Below, piece by piece: positions 27,033 to 36,678 of a stretch of 64,000 bases of DNA. The stretch's first letter is position 1, and each line of letters starts with the position of its first letter. Under the pieces are notes generated by a model. It did not search any database. It worked only from the letters and a program-made list of their open reading frames with translations, and was not told the origin of the DNA. Source of the DNA: Bacteriovoracia bacterium (GTDB lineage Bacteria; Bdellovibrionota; UBA1018; JBFWNL01); the NCBI GenBank assembly GCA_050251055.1, contig JBFWNL010000011.1, positions 44,412 through 108,411 of the forward strand, read 5' to 3'. A program made the translations under genes and the position numbers.

Positions 27033-29418
27033 CCGCCGTCGTCTCCGGGTCTGATTCCGATTTGCCCGCCTCGATATCGAAACCAAGCTCACCCTCATCC
27101 TTCATGCGTACACGCACCTTGCCGCCCTTTTCCAACTTACCGAAGAGAATCTCTTCGGACAGCGGGCGCTTGATGCGGTCCTGGATCAGCCGGCCCATCG
27201 GGCGGGCGCCCAGGCGGGCGTCGTAGCCGTGCTTGGCGAGCCACTCGCGAACGTCCGGCTCGATTTCGATCTCGATGGCGCGGGCGAGCAGCTGGTTTTC
27301 GAGCTCCAAAAGCTGTTTCCCGACAACTTGGGCGATCGTATATGGATCAAGCGGGTTGAAGTAAACAATCGCATCCAGGCGGTTGCGGAACTCGGGGCTG
27401 AACGCGCGCTCGACCTCCCGCTTGGAAACCGACCCGTTCGTGGCCTCACCTCGCGCAAATCCCAGGCCGCCCCGCTCGGCTTCGCGAGAGCCGACATTGG
27501 ACGTCATAATGATGATCGTGTGCCGGAAGTCGGCCTTACGTCCGTTATTGTCGGTGAGCGTGCCGTGATCCATCACCTGTAACAGGATATTCCAGATGTC
27601 GTGGTGGGCCTTCTCGATCTCATCCAACAAAACCACGCTGTGCGGATTCTTCAACACCGCGTCCGTGAGGAGACCAGCTTGCTCAAAACCGACGTAACCT
27701 GGCGGCGCGCCGATTAAGCGAGATACGGTGTGCTTTTCCATGTACTCACTCATATCGAAGCGCAGGAACGTCACGCCCAGGCTGTGGGCGAGCTGCTTGC
27801 TAAGCTCCGTCTTGCCGACCCCCGTCGGGCCACAAAAGAGGAATGACCCCACGGGCTTTTCTCCCGTCCGTAATCCGGAACGCGCCAGTCGAATCGCGGT
27901 GACCAACGCTTCAATCGCGTGGTCTTGGCCGAAAAGGGTCAATCGCAAATCGCGATCCAGGTTCTTCAGCCGCGTCTTCTGGCTCGTGTTCACGGACCGG
28001 GGTGGAATCTTCGCGATCTTGGCCACGATCTCTTCGACCTGGGGCGCGTCCACGACGGAATTCCCCACCGCATCGGCACCGGACTGGATACGGGCTCGGG
28101 CGCCCGCCTCATCAATCACGTCGATCGCTTTATCCGGAAGAAAGCGGTCTTGAATGTGCTTGCTCGAGAGCTCCACGGCCGCGCGTATCGCTTCCGGGGT
28201 GAAATGAGCCCGATGGTGTTCCTCGAAGCGTTCCTTTAATCCACTCAATATCTGCACGGCTTCTTCGATCGAAGGCTCAGCGATCTCGATTTTTTGGAAC
28301 CGGCGCGCCAGCGCGTGATCCTTTTCGAAGATGTTGCGGTACTCTTGATAGGTGGTCGAACCGATGCACTGGATCTCGCCGCGCGAAAGCAAGGGCTTGA
28401 GCAGGTTTGCCGCGTCGAGCGTCCCCCCACTCACCGCGCCCGCGCCGATGATGGTATGGATCTCGTCAATCATGAGCAAGGGGCGAATACCCCCGAGCTT
28501 CTTGCGTTCCAGGGACTTCAGAATCTGCTTGAAGCGGTTCTCGAAATCACCGCGAAACTTGGCGCCCGCCAGCAAAGAGCCGAGGTCGAGCGCGTACACT
28601 TCCGCATTCGCCAGCAAGTCAGGCACTTCGCCGTTGACGATCTTCAGTGCCAGGCCTTCGGCGAGGGCAGATTTCCCCACGCCCGCTTCGCCGATGAGAA
28701 TCGGGTTATTTTTTCTCCGCCGGCACAGCGTCTGCACGATACGCTCAAGCTCATTTTTCCGGCCGATTAACGGATCGATCTTTCCTTCGCGGGCCAATAC
28801 ATTTAGATTCACCGCATAGGTTTCCAGTGCATCTTCCTGCGCACGTGGTCGATTTACCGACCGGGCGACTGGCCGCTCGACATGATTTCCGTCTTCGGCG
28901 GATTCGCCGGAGGACTCTTTCTTTTCCGACTTGGTGACCCCGTGGCTGACATAACTCAGCACGTCCAACCGCTCCACGCCGTGTTTCTTTAGCAGATGCA
29001 ACGCATACGAATCTTTAGACTGAAAGAGCGCGACCAAGAGGTCCACCGGATGGATCTCGTCCTTGCCCGCCGACTGCACGTGGAAAAGTGCGCGCTGAAT
29101 GAGGCGCTGGATGCTCAGCGTCGCCACCGGATGCTCATCACCCGGCTCCTCTTCCGCGTCCGACGCTTCCGAGTCATCCCCGGCCGGTGTCACGCTCGGC
29201 AGACTCGCTTTCTTCTTCGGAACTTCGGTGTCGAGGTAGCGCACCAGATCCGTTTTCAATTCGCTGGCGATCCCGCCGCAGGCGTGGATCACCTCGAGGA
29301 TGTCGGCGTCTTCGAGCAAGCTAAACAGCACATGCTCGAGCGTAAAATACTCGTGTTGTCGCTCGAATGCCGCGCGAACCGCGCGATTCAGCACTTCTTC
29401 TGCGTCACGTCCGATCAT
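27007..29418 (-). CDS. clpA: ATP-dependent Clp protease ATP-binding subunit ClpA
   Basis: Clp N domain, GEAGVGKS and GPTGVGKT Walker A motifs, RFDMSEYME; downstream of clpS. Confidence 0.97.
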   Translation of the reverse strand: MIGRDAEEVLNRAVRAAFERQHEYFTLEHVLFSLLEDADILEVIHACGGIASELKTDLVRYLDTEVPKKKASLPSVTPAGDDSEASDAEEEPGDEHPVATLSIQRLIQRALFHVQSAGKDEIHPVDLLVALFQSKDSYALHLLKKHGVERLDVLSYVSHGVTKSEKKESSGESAEDGNHVERPVARSVNRPRAQEDALETYAVNLNVLAREGKIDPLIGRKNELERIVQTLCRRRKNNPILIGEAGVGKSALAEGLALKIVNGEVPDLLANAEVYALDLGSLLAGAKFRGDFENRFKQILKSLERKKLGGIRPLLMIDEIHTIIGAGAVSGGTLDAANLLKPLLSRGEIQCIGSTTYQEYRNIFEKDHALARRFQKIEIAEPSIEEAVQILSGLKERFEEHHRAHFTPEAIRAAVELSSKHIQDRFLPDKAIDVIDEAGARARIQSGADAVGNSVVDAPQVEEIVAKIAKIPPRSVNTSQKTRLKNLDRDLRLTLFGQDHAIEALVTAIRLARSGLRTGEKPVGSFLFCGPTGVGKTELSKQLAHSLGVTFLRFDMSEYMEKHTVSRLIGAPPGYVGFEQAGLLTDAVLKNPHSVVLLDEIEKAHHDIWNILLQVMDHGTLTDNNGRKADFRHTIIIMTSNVGSREAERGGLGFARGEATNGSVSKREVERAFSPEFRNRLDAIVYFNPLDPYTIAQVVGKQLLELENQLLARAIEIEIEPDVREWLAKHGYDARLGARPMGRLIQDRIKRPLSEEILFGKLEKGGKVRVRMKDEGELGFDIEAGKSESDPETTAVTRTNRTT

Positions 29419-29758
29419 TTGAACTCCCTATCGGTTCCAGAGTGCACTTCAAGGGGTGGCCATGCTCGCGGGCGTCTTGGGTGACCTGCTCGACTTTCGT
29501 CTCGGCGATCTCGAAACTGTAGATTCCCGCGACGCCCCGGCCATCCTGATGTACTTTTAACATAATTTCCACCGCCGCTTCATGTGACTTATGAAAAAAT
29601 TTTCCCAAGACCTCAATCACGTACTCCATGGTCGTGTAATCGTCGTTGTGGAGAATCACGGCATACTTGGGCGGCTCGGATAAATCTGGGCGGTCCTCGT
29701 CTACCACCGCCAGATCTGATGAATTTTCTTTGGTTTCTTCGTTTGGACGGCCGGCCAT
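29405..29758 (-). CDS. clpS: Clp protease adaptor ClpS
   Basis: YAVILHNDDYTTMEYV, EIAETK, HPLKC. Confidence 0.97.
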   Translation of the reverse strand: MAGRPNEETKENSSDLAVVDEDRPDLSEPPKYAVILHNDDYTTMEYVIEVLGKFFHKSHEAAVEIMLKVHQDGRGVAGIYSFEIAETKVEQVTQDAREHGHPLKCTLEPIGSSNDRT

Positions 29759-29856
29759 ATTGTCCCAGTTCCTATTTCATCATTGAACGCATCGACTGGC
29801 AAACCGGCAATAATTGCCGACGTTTCTCCTTCAGATGAAAATGGTATCCTAAAAGC

Positions 29857-31047
29857 ATGGCGCCGAAGGGCACTCCTCCGAATTCCCATCCCTCCATCCT
29901 CGATCGGGATGAAGAAGCGACCGATCCCGGCCTCTCGCCCACGGTGAGCAACCCAGGAATCGTGCGGCCGGCATCTCCCGCGACCGCCCCGCGCATGCCG
30001 GACTTGGGCCCGCTTCGCCGACTCATGCAGGACCCCGCCGTAACGGAAATCATGGTCAACGATGTCCGGGAGATCGTAGTCGAAAAAGACGGACGCCTGC
30101 TCAACACTTCCATGCGCTTCACCTCTCTCGACGAGCTCAATCAACTCGTGCGAAACATCCAAGACTTCACCGGCCGCTACGTCACGCCCGAGAGCCCTTA
30201 CATGGACGTTACGCTGCCCGATGGATCGCGCGTGAACATCGTTTCCCCGCCGGTGACCCCCCAAGGCCCTTGCCTGACCATCCGACGCTTTCCCAAACGC
30301 CTCACGGTGGATCACCTCTTCGCCCAGGGAACGCTCGACCAAAAGATGGGGTACTTTCTCAACGCCTGTGTCGTGGGCAAACGGAATATCCTCCTTTGCG
30401 GAGGGACCGGTAGCGGCAAGACTACCTTTCTCAATGCCCTCGCGATGTACATCCCGGCCCAGGAACGTATCGTCACGATCGAAGACACGCCGGAGCTCAT
30501 GATCCAGCATAAAAACAGCGTGAAGATGCAAACCAAAGCGGCCACGCCAACTGCTCCGGGCGTCACTCAACGCGAACTCGTGGCCAACGCCCTGCGGATG
30601 CGGCCGGATCGATTGATCCTGGGCGAATGCCGACGTGGCGAAGCCCTCGACATGCTTCAAGCCATGAACACCGGGCACGAAGGCTCGCTCACGACCGTGC
30701 ACGCGAATTCCCCCCGCGACGCCCTCGCCCGCTTAGAAACGCTGTGTCTCCTTGATGGCGCGGAGATCCCGCTCACGGCCGTGCGCAAGCAGATCGCCTC
30801 GGCCATCGAAGTGATCGTGCAGCTCAAGCGCTACCGCAACGGACGCCGGCGCGTGACCGAGATCGTCGAGCTCACGGGTCTCGAGACGGAAAACTATACT
30901 CTGCAGGAAATTTTCAAGTTCGAGCCCGATCCCGCGGCTCCACTCAACCCCGATACGGGTATCTTCAAATGCACGGGATTCGTGCCAAAATTCATCACGG
31001 ATCTCAAGGAACAGGGGATCGAAATTCCCGAGGACTTCTTTATCTGA
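29857..31047 (+). CDS. CpaF/TadA family pilus assembly ATPase
   Basis: DPAVTEIMVN, LPDGSRVN, GGTGSGKTT, LRMRPDRLILGE, AMNTGHEGS. Confidence 0.93.
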   Translation: MAPKGTPPNSHPSILDRDEEATDPGLSPTVSNPGIVRPASPATAPRMPDLGPLRRLMQDPAVTEIMVNDVREIVVEKDGRLLNTSMRFTSLDELNQLVRNIQDFTGRYVTPESPYMDVTLPDGSRVNIVSPPVTPQGPCLTIRRFPKRLTVDHLFAQGTLDQKMGYFLNACVVGKRNILLCGGTGSGKTTFLNALAMYIPAQERIVTIEDTPELMIQHKNSVKMQTKAATPTAPGVTQRELVANALRMRPDRLILGECRRGEALDMLQAMNTGHEGSLTTVHANSPRDALARLETLCLLDGAEIPLTAVRKQIASAIEVIVQLKRYRNGRRRVTEIVELTGLETENYTLQEIFKFEPDPAAPLNPDTGIFKCTGFVPKFITDLKEQGIEIPEDFFI

Positions 31048-31813
31048 TGGATGCGCGGAGATAATCCGCGATGCGCTCGCGCTGCCCCCGCTCCAGCTGT
31101 TCGATATTCATCACGAACTTCACCGCTAAATCAAGATCTGTCTTGTTCGTGGTCGCGACCAGGTCGACCAGGGCCGAGCCCTTGCCCTTCACTCCCTTGT
31201 CGTCCTCAATGATGTGCCCGTACTTCACCGGCTTTCCTTCGCCGCCTTCGAAGAAGTTGCCGAAAAACGCGATATTGAAGCGAACGACTTTCCCTTCCGA
31301 TTCGACCACGAAAAGCTCGCAGCGGTCCGAGCTACAAAACCAGCGGGGCTTTCCGTCCGGCTCCGGCTTCAGCATCTTGGCGTTCACTTCGTACATCTTG
31401 ATCGCCCCGATCTCGGCATTGAAATATTGAATGACCATCTTCTCGGCCTCGCGCTGAAGATCTTCGAAGCGACCGCCAATGATCTTGGTATGGGAATGCA
31501 TGACGCGAATCGCGGCGGGGCACTGCAATCCGGGGATCACAAACACCCCTTTAAAGAGCTCCCCAGGCGCGACGGCAATTCCCGAGTTCCCCTTGAAAAT
31601 ACCGGCGCCGGTGACGGAAATATTCGCCACCGACATCGCCGGGCTCGTGCGTCCCGCCGCACTCTCCGGAATGAAGGAAATGTCGTGCAGGGGAAGAATC
31701 TCCACACGCGGTGCCCGTGCGGAAAACGCCCGATCGGGGGCGGCGGCGGTATCGACGGGCCCCGCCGGACGAGCGGCGGGGGTGCCTTTAGCGCGTTTGA
31801 ACCAGTTGAGCAT
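31040..31813 (-). CDS. PilZ-like domain protein (paralog of 31815-32552)
   Basis: RAPRV..NISVTG PilZ-type motifs, then C-terminal W..CELF..F..FFGNFF domain. Confidence 0.65.
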   Translation of the reverse strand: MLNWFKRAKGTPAARPAGPVDTAAAPDRAFSARAPRVEILPLHDISFIPESAAGRTSPAMSVANISVTGAGIFKGNSGIAVAPGELFKGVFVIPGLQCPAAIRVMHSHTKIIGGRFEDLQREAEKMVIQYFNAEIGAIKMYEVNAKMLKPEPDGKPRWFCSSDRCELFVVESEGKVVRFNIAFFGNFFEGGEGKPVKYGHIIEDDKGVKGKGSALVDLVATTNKTDLDLAVKFVMNIEQLERGQRERIADYLRASIR

Positions 31814-31814
31814 G

Positions 31815-32552
31815 CTAGCCGCCAGCCCGCGTGATGTGCCCGAGAAGCGCTTCTCGCCGGGGATTATCGAGATTCCTCACGGCGCCCACGTAGCGGCGCG
31901 CGAGCTTCAACATCTCCGCGGAGGGTGACCGGAGGTCCGTAATTACCGCGGCGCCTTTGTAATGGGGCTTGCCCGGATGTTCGTCGTCCAGCAAGGATCC
32001 GGACTTCAGGTCCTGGTCACGCCCACCTTGAAAATAATTCCCAAAGAACGTGAAGTGAAATTTTTCGATTTTGCCGCCCACTTCGACCAGGAAAAGATCG
32101 CAGTTGTTCGCGCCGCGATACCACGTCACCTCGCCTTCTTCGCTCTTGGCCAAGACGTCCGGGTTTACCTCGATCAGCTTCATGGCTGCCAGCTCCACGC
32201 GAAAAAAACTCGCAACCACGCTCTCGATCGAAGCGAGATTAGTCTCAAACTGACAACCCACGTATTGCTCGGAAACGTGCACGACCCGACAGCGGGTTTC
32301 GACCTCGAACTTGCCGATCTTCAGCCGGCCCTTCAAAGTATGCCCGGGTTCGGGCCAGGTCTGGCGCGAGGTCTTTAGCACGCCCATGCCCCCCGTGGAT
32401 ACGTTTCCCAAGCTCACGACCTCGCCGATTCCTTCGGGGAAAAACATGGCGTCGTGAATCGCCACGACCTGAATGCGGGGCGACCGCTGCCGCTGCAGGC
32501 CCAGAAAAGACAAAATCGACTCCCGCCAACGGCGGATCCGGTCCGAGATCAT
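31815..32552 (-). CDS. PilZ-like domain protein (paralog of 31040-31813)
   Basis: RQRSPRI..NVSTGG..RVVH..GCQF, then W..CDLF..FFGNYF. Confidence 0.7.
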   Translation of the reverse strand: MISDRIRRWRESILSFLGLQRQRSPRIQVVAIHDAMFFPEGIGEVVSLGNVSTGGMGVLKTSRQTWPEPGHTLKGRLKIGKFEVETRCRVVHVSEQYVGCQFETNLASIESVVASFFRVELAAMKLIEVNPDVLAKSEEGEVTWYRGANNCDLFLVEVGGKIEKFHFTFFGNYFQGGRDQDLKSGSLLDDEHPGKPHYKGAAVITDLRSPSAEMLKLARRYVGAVRNLDNPRREALLGHITRAGG

Positions 32553-32559
32553 GGCTGGC

Positions 32560-33438
32560 TTAAATCCCCTTCGCGTTCATCACGCGATGAATACGGTTCA
32601 GTACTTCCCAAGTTAACTGATCGTCTTTAGCCTTCATAGCCCAATTCCGATGAAACGCCTCATCCGATTTGTTGCGGTCGGTCAAACCGAAGTCCACACC
32701 GAACCCCGCCATCTCGACGGCAAACCGCGCGTACCAGCCCGCCAGGGCCTCGCCCGCACGGCCGTCCGGTTCGCGTTTCGCGTGGATGACTTTCAAAGCC
32801 TCGTCCCCGAGCACCCGTTTCAACGTATAAATCGAAGCTTTTTGAAAAATTTTTTCGTAAGGCGGAGGTGCGGGAGTTCCCGAATCCGACGGGGACTTGC
32901 CCTTGAACTCGATGACTTCGACGCTACCTGGTTCCATCGGGACGGCCGGTACGGTTTCTTCTGGCGCCGCCGGATCAACCGGTTTCGCGAGCGGCATGGC
33001 CGAAGCCTCGGTGAACAATGTCGGCGCGGGCAGCTCCTTCTCGAGTCGACCGAGGAGCGTGGCGAATGCCGCCAGCGCCCCGTCCTTTTGTCCGATGTGC
33101 GCGGCCTCCAGCTGGCGATATCGAGAAGAGTGCACGAACCCGTTATAAATTCCCTCGACGGAAGCCCCCTGGTTCATCGTATCGAGCCAACCACCGAACT
33201 CCTTGCGGTCTTGAGGATCTTTAATATAGATCACGCGGAAAAATTCTTGCAGGATCTCGGAATTCTGTTTGGCCCGTTTGGCTTGGACGGACGTCAGCTC
33301 GATGCCATCCCCGGAGGCCGACGGAGGATTCCCCGAAGGCGTCGGTGCGGGAGTCGAGGTCAACCAAGGGAGCTGGCAGGCCGAAAAAATCGCGATGAGG
33401 GCGGCTAAACTACAGCGCGAAGCTGAGCTTAGCGCCAT
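32560..33438 (-). CDS. Hypothetical lipoprotein with DUF4214-like helical domain
   Basis: FSAC lipobox; F..IY.KDP...W...MNQGAS...F..S.RY pattern. Confidence 0.55.
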   Translation of the reverse strand: MALSSASRCSLAALIAIFSACQLPWLTSTPAPTPSGNPPSASGDGIELTSVQAKRAKQNSEILQEFFRVIYIKDPQDRKEFGGWLDTMNQGASVEGIYNGFVHSSRYRQLEAAHIGQKDGALAAFATLLGRLEKELPAPTLFTEASAMPLAKPVDPAAPEETVPAVPMEPGSVEVIEFKGKSPSDSGTPAPPPYEKIFQKASIYTLKRVLGDEALKVIHAKREPDGRAGEALAGWYARFAVEMAGFGVDFGLTDRNKSDEAFHRNWAMKAKDDQLTWEVLNRIHRVMNAKGI

Positions 33439-34168
33439 AGGTGCTGTAACCCGAGAAGTTCATATTATACTCCGCCGTCAGCTTCAGAATAAAAAGCTTG
33501 ATCGGCAAACCGAAGAACAGGTGACCAGCCGCGTACGATCCGTCTCCCGAAATTGGCAAAGTGCCAGTATCAAAGTTCAGGGATCCGCGCGCGGTTTGGA
33601 GACCAAAACCTAAATAAGGGTCGATGATTCCTATCGGCAAAGAACCGAGCACGTCAAAAGAAAGCGTATTGGAATTGATGTAACTCAGTTTCGCTTTCGT
33701 ATAGGAAGTCCGGGCGGCTAGACTCAGCATCGGCGAGCGGACAAATGCCCATTGCAAATCAAATCCGATCAAAGAATACCCACCGTAGGCAATCCAGGAA
33801 AACCCCAAGTCGATGCCCGCGGGCAAACCTTTGTGGATGTTTAATCGGGGCAGAGGAAGTGAGCTACTATTACTCCCTGAGTTACCGACCGTGGTGAGCG
33901 CGCTGCGAAAATCATCACTGAACGAAACCAAAGTGACATCGACGCCCACGTCCAAGCCTAATGCAACTCCCAAGGGGGTCGCCGAACGATAGGAGCGATG
34001 CTCGGTCTGGTATCCCGCCGTCTTCAACATCGCGTCCTTGAGTGAAGTAGTCAATGCACTGAGTTGGGCGGGATCATACGTAAAATCAGCGTGAGCCGCG
34101 GTGCCTAAGGAACTGATGAGCGCCACTGGCAACGCAAATTTCAGAAAGGATTGGATATAAGGTTGCAT
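33410..34168 (-). CDS. Outer-membrane beta-barrel protein (DUF6588-like)
   Basis: ATG 34168, signal peptide ending AAHA, PLPRLNIHKGLP..D.G motif, terminal YGAKLSFAL strand. Confidence 0.6.
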   Translation of the reverse strand: MQPYIQSFLKFALPVALISSLGTAAHADFTYDPAQLSALTTSLKDAMLKTAGYQTEHRSYRSATPLGVALGLDVGVDVTLVSFSDDFRSALTTVGNSGSNSSSLPLPRLNIHKGLPAGIDLGFSWIAYGGYSLIGFDLQWAFVRSPMLSLAARTSYTKAKLSYINSNTLSFDVLGSLPIGIIDPYLGFGLQTARGSLNFDTGTLPISGDGSYAAGHLFFGLPIKLFILKLTAEYNMNFSGYSTYGAKLSFAL

Positions 34169-34246
34169 GACTCTAATGCTAACAGATATTCTGTGCCTCG
34201 CCAGCTCGATGTAGGAGCCAAAAACCAGACACTTAATGGAAACGCC

Positions 34247-36028
34247 ATGAAAGACCGCAAAAATATCCCTACTGAACAAACTTGGAACTTAGCTTCGATT
34301 TACGCGAACGACGCCGAATGGGAAGCTGACTTATTGACTCTCGATCCTATTCTGAATGATTTGCTCCAATACCGGGGGAAACTCGGACAAGGCGCGGAAA
34401 AATTGGCGCGCGCCTTCCAGCTGCGCGACGACCTCGGCCGCAAAATGAACAAGATCTATGTCTACGCACATCTGCATGCGGACCAAGACACGACTAATGC
34501 CCATTACATGGGTCTGCAGGGACGAATTCAGACCAAGGCCGTGCAGATTGGCGCCGCGCTTTCGTGGATGGATCCGGAGATCCTCGCCCTGTCGAGTACC
34601 ACAATCGCGGAGTATTCGAAGGCCGCGGCGCTCAAGCCATTCGCGCGCGCGTTGGAGCTTCTGCTGCGCCAAAAGCCACACACCCTCAGTGAAAAGGAAG
34701 AGAATCTACTGACCCAGGCGTCGGACCCCCTTTCCTCGATCCATAAGGCATTCGGCATGCTCAACAACGCCGACATGCGCTTTCCGAACACGAAGGATGA
34801 TCAAGGAAAAAGCGTAGAGCTCACTCACGGCAACTACATTAAGTTCTTGGATAATCCGAACCGCGACGTGCGGAAGCAGGCTTTCGAAGCACTCTTCAGC
34901 GCATATGGTGCGCACAAACACACCTTCGCCGCGATTCTCGAGGGCCAGACGAAGATGCACGTCTTCCACGCGCGCACCAAGAACTTCAAGTCTTCGCTCG
35001 AAGCGAGCCTCTTTGACGATAACGTCCCGAAAAGCGTTTACGATAGCTTGGTCGCCACCGTGCGCGGCCATCTGCCGCTTTTTCATCGCTACATCCGGCT
35101 GCGCAAGCGCCTGCTCCAGCTCGACCATCTCGACATGTACGACTTGTACGTACCCATCGTTAAGGATTTCAAACTGAACGTCCCGTTTGAGACCGCCCGC
35201 GGCTGGATCACCGACGCGTTCAAAGTTATGGGTGAAGACTATACGAAGGTGGTGGAGAGCGCGTTCCGCGACCGCTGGATCGACGTGCATGAGTCGCGCG
35301 GAAAGCGCTCGGGCGCCTACTCTTCGGGCTGTTATGACACGATGCCGTTCATCCTGATGAACTACCAAGACAATCTCAACAGTGCATTCACGCTGGCGCA
35401 CGAGCTCGGGCATTCGCTCCACTCCTACTACTCTCGCAAAACCCAGCCCCATACCACGGCGTCGTATCGGATCTTCGTAGCGGAAGTGGCCTCGACCACG
35501 AACGAGGCGCTCCTGCACCATCATCTGCTAAAGAGTACGACCGACCCGAAATTCCGCGCCTACCTTCTCAACCATTTCTGCGAAGAATTCCGAGGGACCG
35601 TGTTCCGGCAGACGATGTTCGCCGAATTCGAGCGGATGATCCACGCCAAGGTCGAAGCGGGGGTGTCCCTCACTCCGGACGAGCTTTGCCAGGCGTACTA
35701 CCAACTCAATGCCGACTATTATGGACCGGACGTCCAAGCGGACCGCCGTATCGAGTTGGAATGGGCGCGCATCCCCCATCTCTACTACGGATTTTACGTC
35801 TACAAGTATGCGACGGGATTTTCGGCGGCACAGGCCTTCTCCTCGCGAATTCTCGCGGGCGACCGCAAGGCAATCGATGCGTATCAACGATTCCTCTGCG
35901 CCGGCGGGAGCAAAGATCCGCTCGATATCCTGATTGACGCGGGCGTGGACCTACGAGGGCCCCAGCCTATCGTAGATGCACTCAAGAATTTCGAGGCGGC
36001 CGTGACCGAACTCGAAAAACTGCTCTAG
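34247..36028 (+). CDS. pepF: Oligoendopeptidase F (M3B)
   Basis: TWNLASIY, GKRSGAYS, TLAHELGHSLH, FVAEVAST, WARIPH, YVYKYATG; ATG at 34247. Confidence 0.96.
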   Translation: MKDRKNIPTEQTWNLASIYANDAEWEADLLTLDPILNDLLQYRGKLGQGAEKLARAFQLRDDLGRKMNKIYVYAHLHADQDTTNAHYMGLQGRIQTKAVQIGAALSWMDPEILALSSTTIAEYSKAAALKPFARALELLLRQKPHTLSEKEENLLTQASDPLSSIHKAFGMLNNADMRFPNTKDDQGKSVELTHGNYIKFLDNPNRDVRKQAFEALFSAYGAHKHTFAAILEGQTKMHVFHARTKNFKSSLEASLFDDNVPKSVYDSLVATVRGHLPLFHRYIRLRKRLLQLDHLDMYDLYVPIVKDFKLNVPFETARGWITDAFKVMGEDYTKVVESAFRDRWIDVHESRGKRSGAYSSGCYDTMPFILMNYQDNLNSAFTLAHELGHSLHSYYSRKTQPHTTASYRIFVAEVASTTNEALLHHHLLKSTTDPKFRAYLLNHFCEEFRGTVFRQTMFAEFERMIHAKVEAGVSLTPDELCQAYYQLNADYYGPDVQADRRIELEWARIPHLYYGFYVYKYATGFSAAQAFSSRILAGDRKAIDAYQRFLCAGGSKDPLDILIDAGVDLRGPQPIVDALKNFEAAVTELEKLL

Positions 36029-36036
36029 CTAAGCCG

Positions 36037-36678
36037 CTATTGCTTCTGCTCCCAGCCCGATTCGTTCTGGAGCCAAGTATTGGATGGCGACATCGACTGG
36101 AAGGAGCGCGAGAAACTCTTCTCGATGTTCACCTTACGCGTGTCGGGAAGGTTGTTGCTCTTGAGGACTTCGGCGTAAAGCTCCCGGCGCAACTCGTTTT
36201 CATTACTGACGATTTTCTCCACGGCCTTCTTCTCGATCGGGGAAAGCGCTTTACCGTCGGCCTTCTTGTCTCCACGCACGACGAGCAGACCCGCCTGGCT
36301 TTCGCCCAAGATGCCGGCGCGCTTGTATTTTAATACGTCTTCGGCCTGGGCCGCGAGTTTGTCTTTAATTTGTGCGGCTTTTGGTGAATCCAGGTTGAAC
36401 GAAAAGTCTTCGGCCACTGCTTGCGGAATCAGCGAAAAATAGCTCGTGCCCGTGGGTTTCACCGCTGGCGTCTCGCCTTCCTTGTCCTTCTTCTTGCTAC
36501 GGTAAAGCTCGCGGACGTAATCGTCGGTGGCCTTTTGCACGGCGCTCTCCGGAAAATTCACGTTTACCGTGACGCAACCGGCCGCTACCGCCAGGGCGGC
36601 GATCATAACGACGGCGCCGACGGAAACTCCGCGTTCAGAAGTTGGGATCAAAGCATTGGCGATCTTTTTCATTTTCAT
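36037..36678 (-). CDS. Lipoprotein with YnbE-like N-terminus and DUF1318/YdbL domain
   Basis: AAGC lipobox, CVTVNVNFP..A..D, GILGE..G.L, EN..R..LY, W.Q..GW. Confidence 0.75.
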   Translation of the reverse strand: MKMKKIANALIPTSERGVSVGAVVMIAALAVAAGCVTVNVNFPESAVQKATDDYVRELYRSKKKDKEGETPAVKPTGTSYFSLIPQAVAEDFSFNLDSPKAAQIKDKLAAQAEDVLKYKRAGILGESQAGLLVVRGDKKADGKALSPIEKKAVEKIVSNENELRRELYAEVLKSNNLPDTRKVNIEKSFSRSFQSMSPSNTWLQNESGWEQKQ

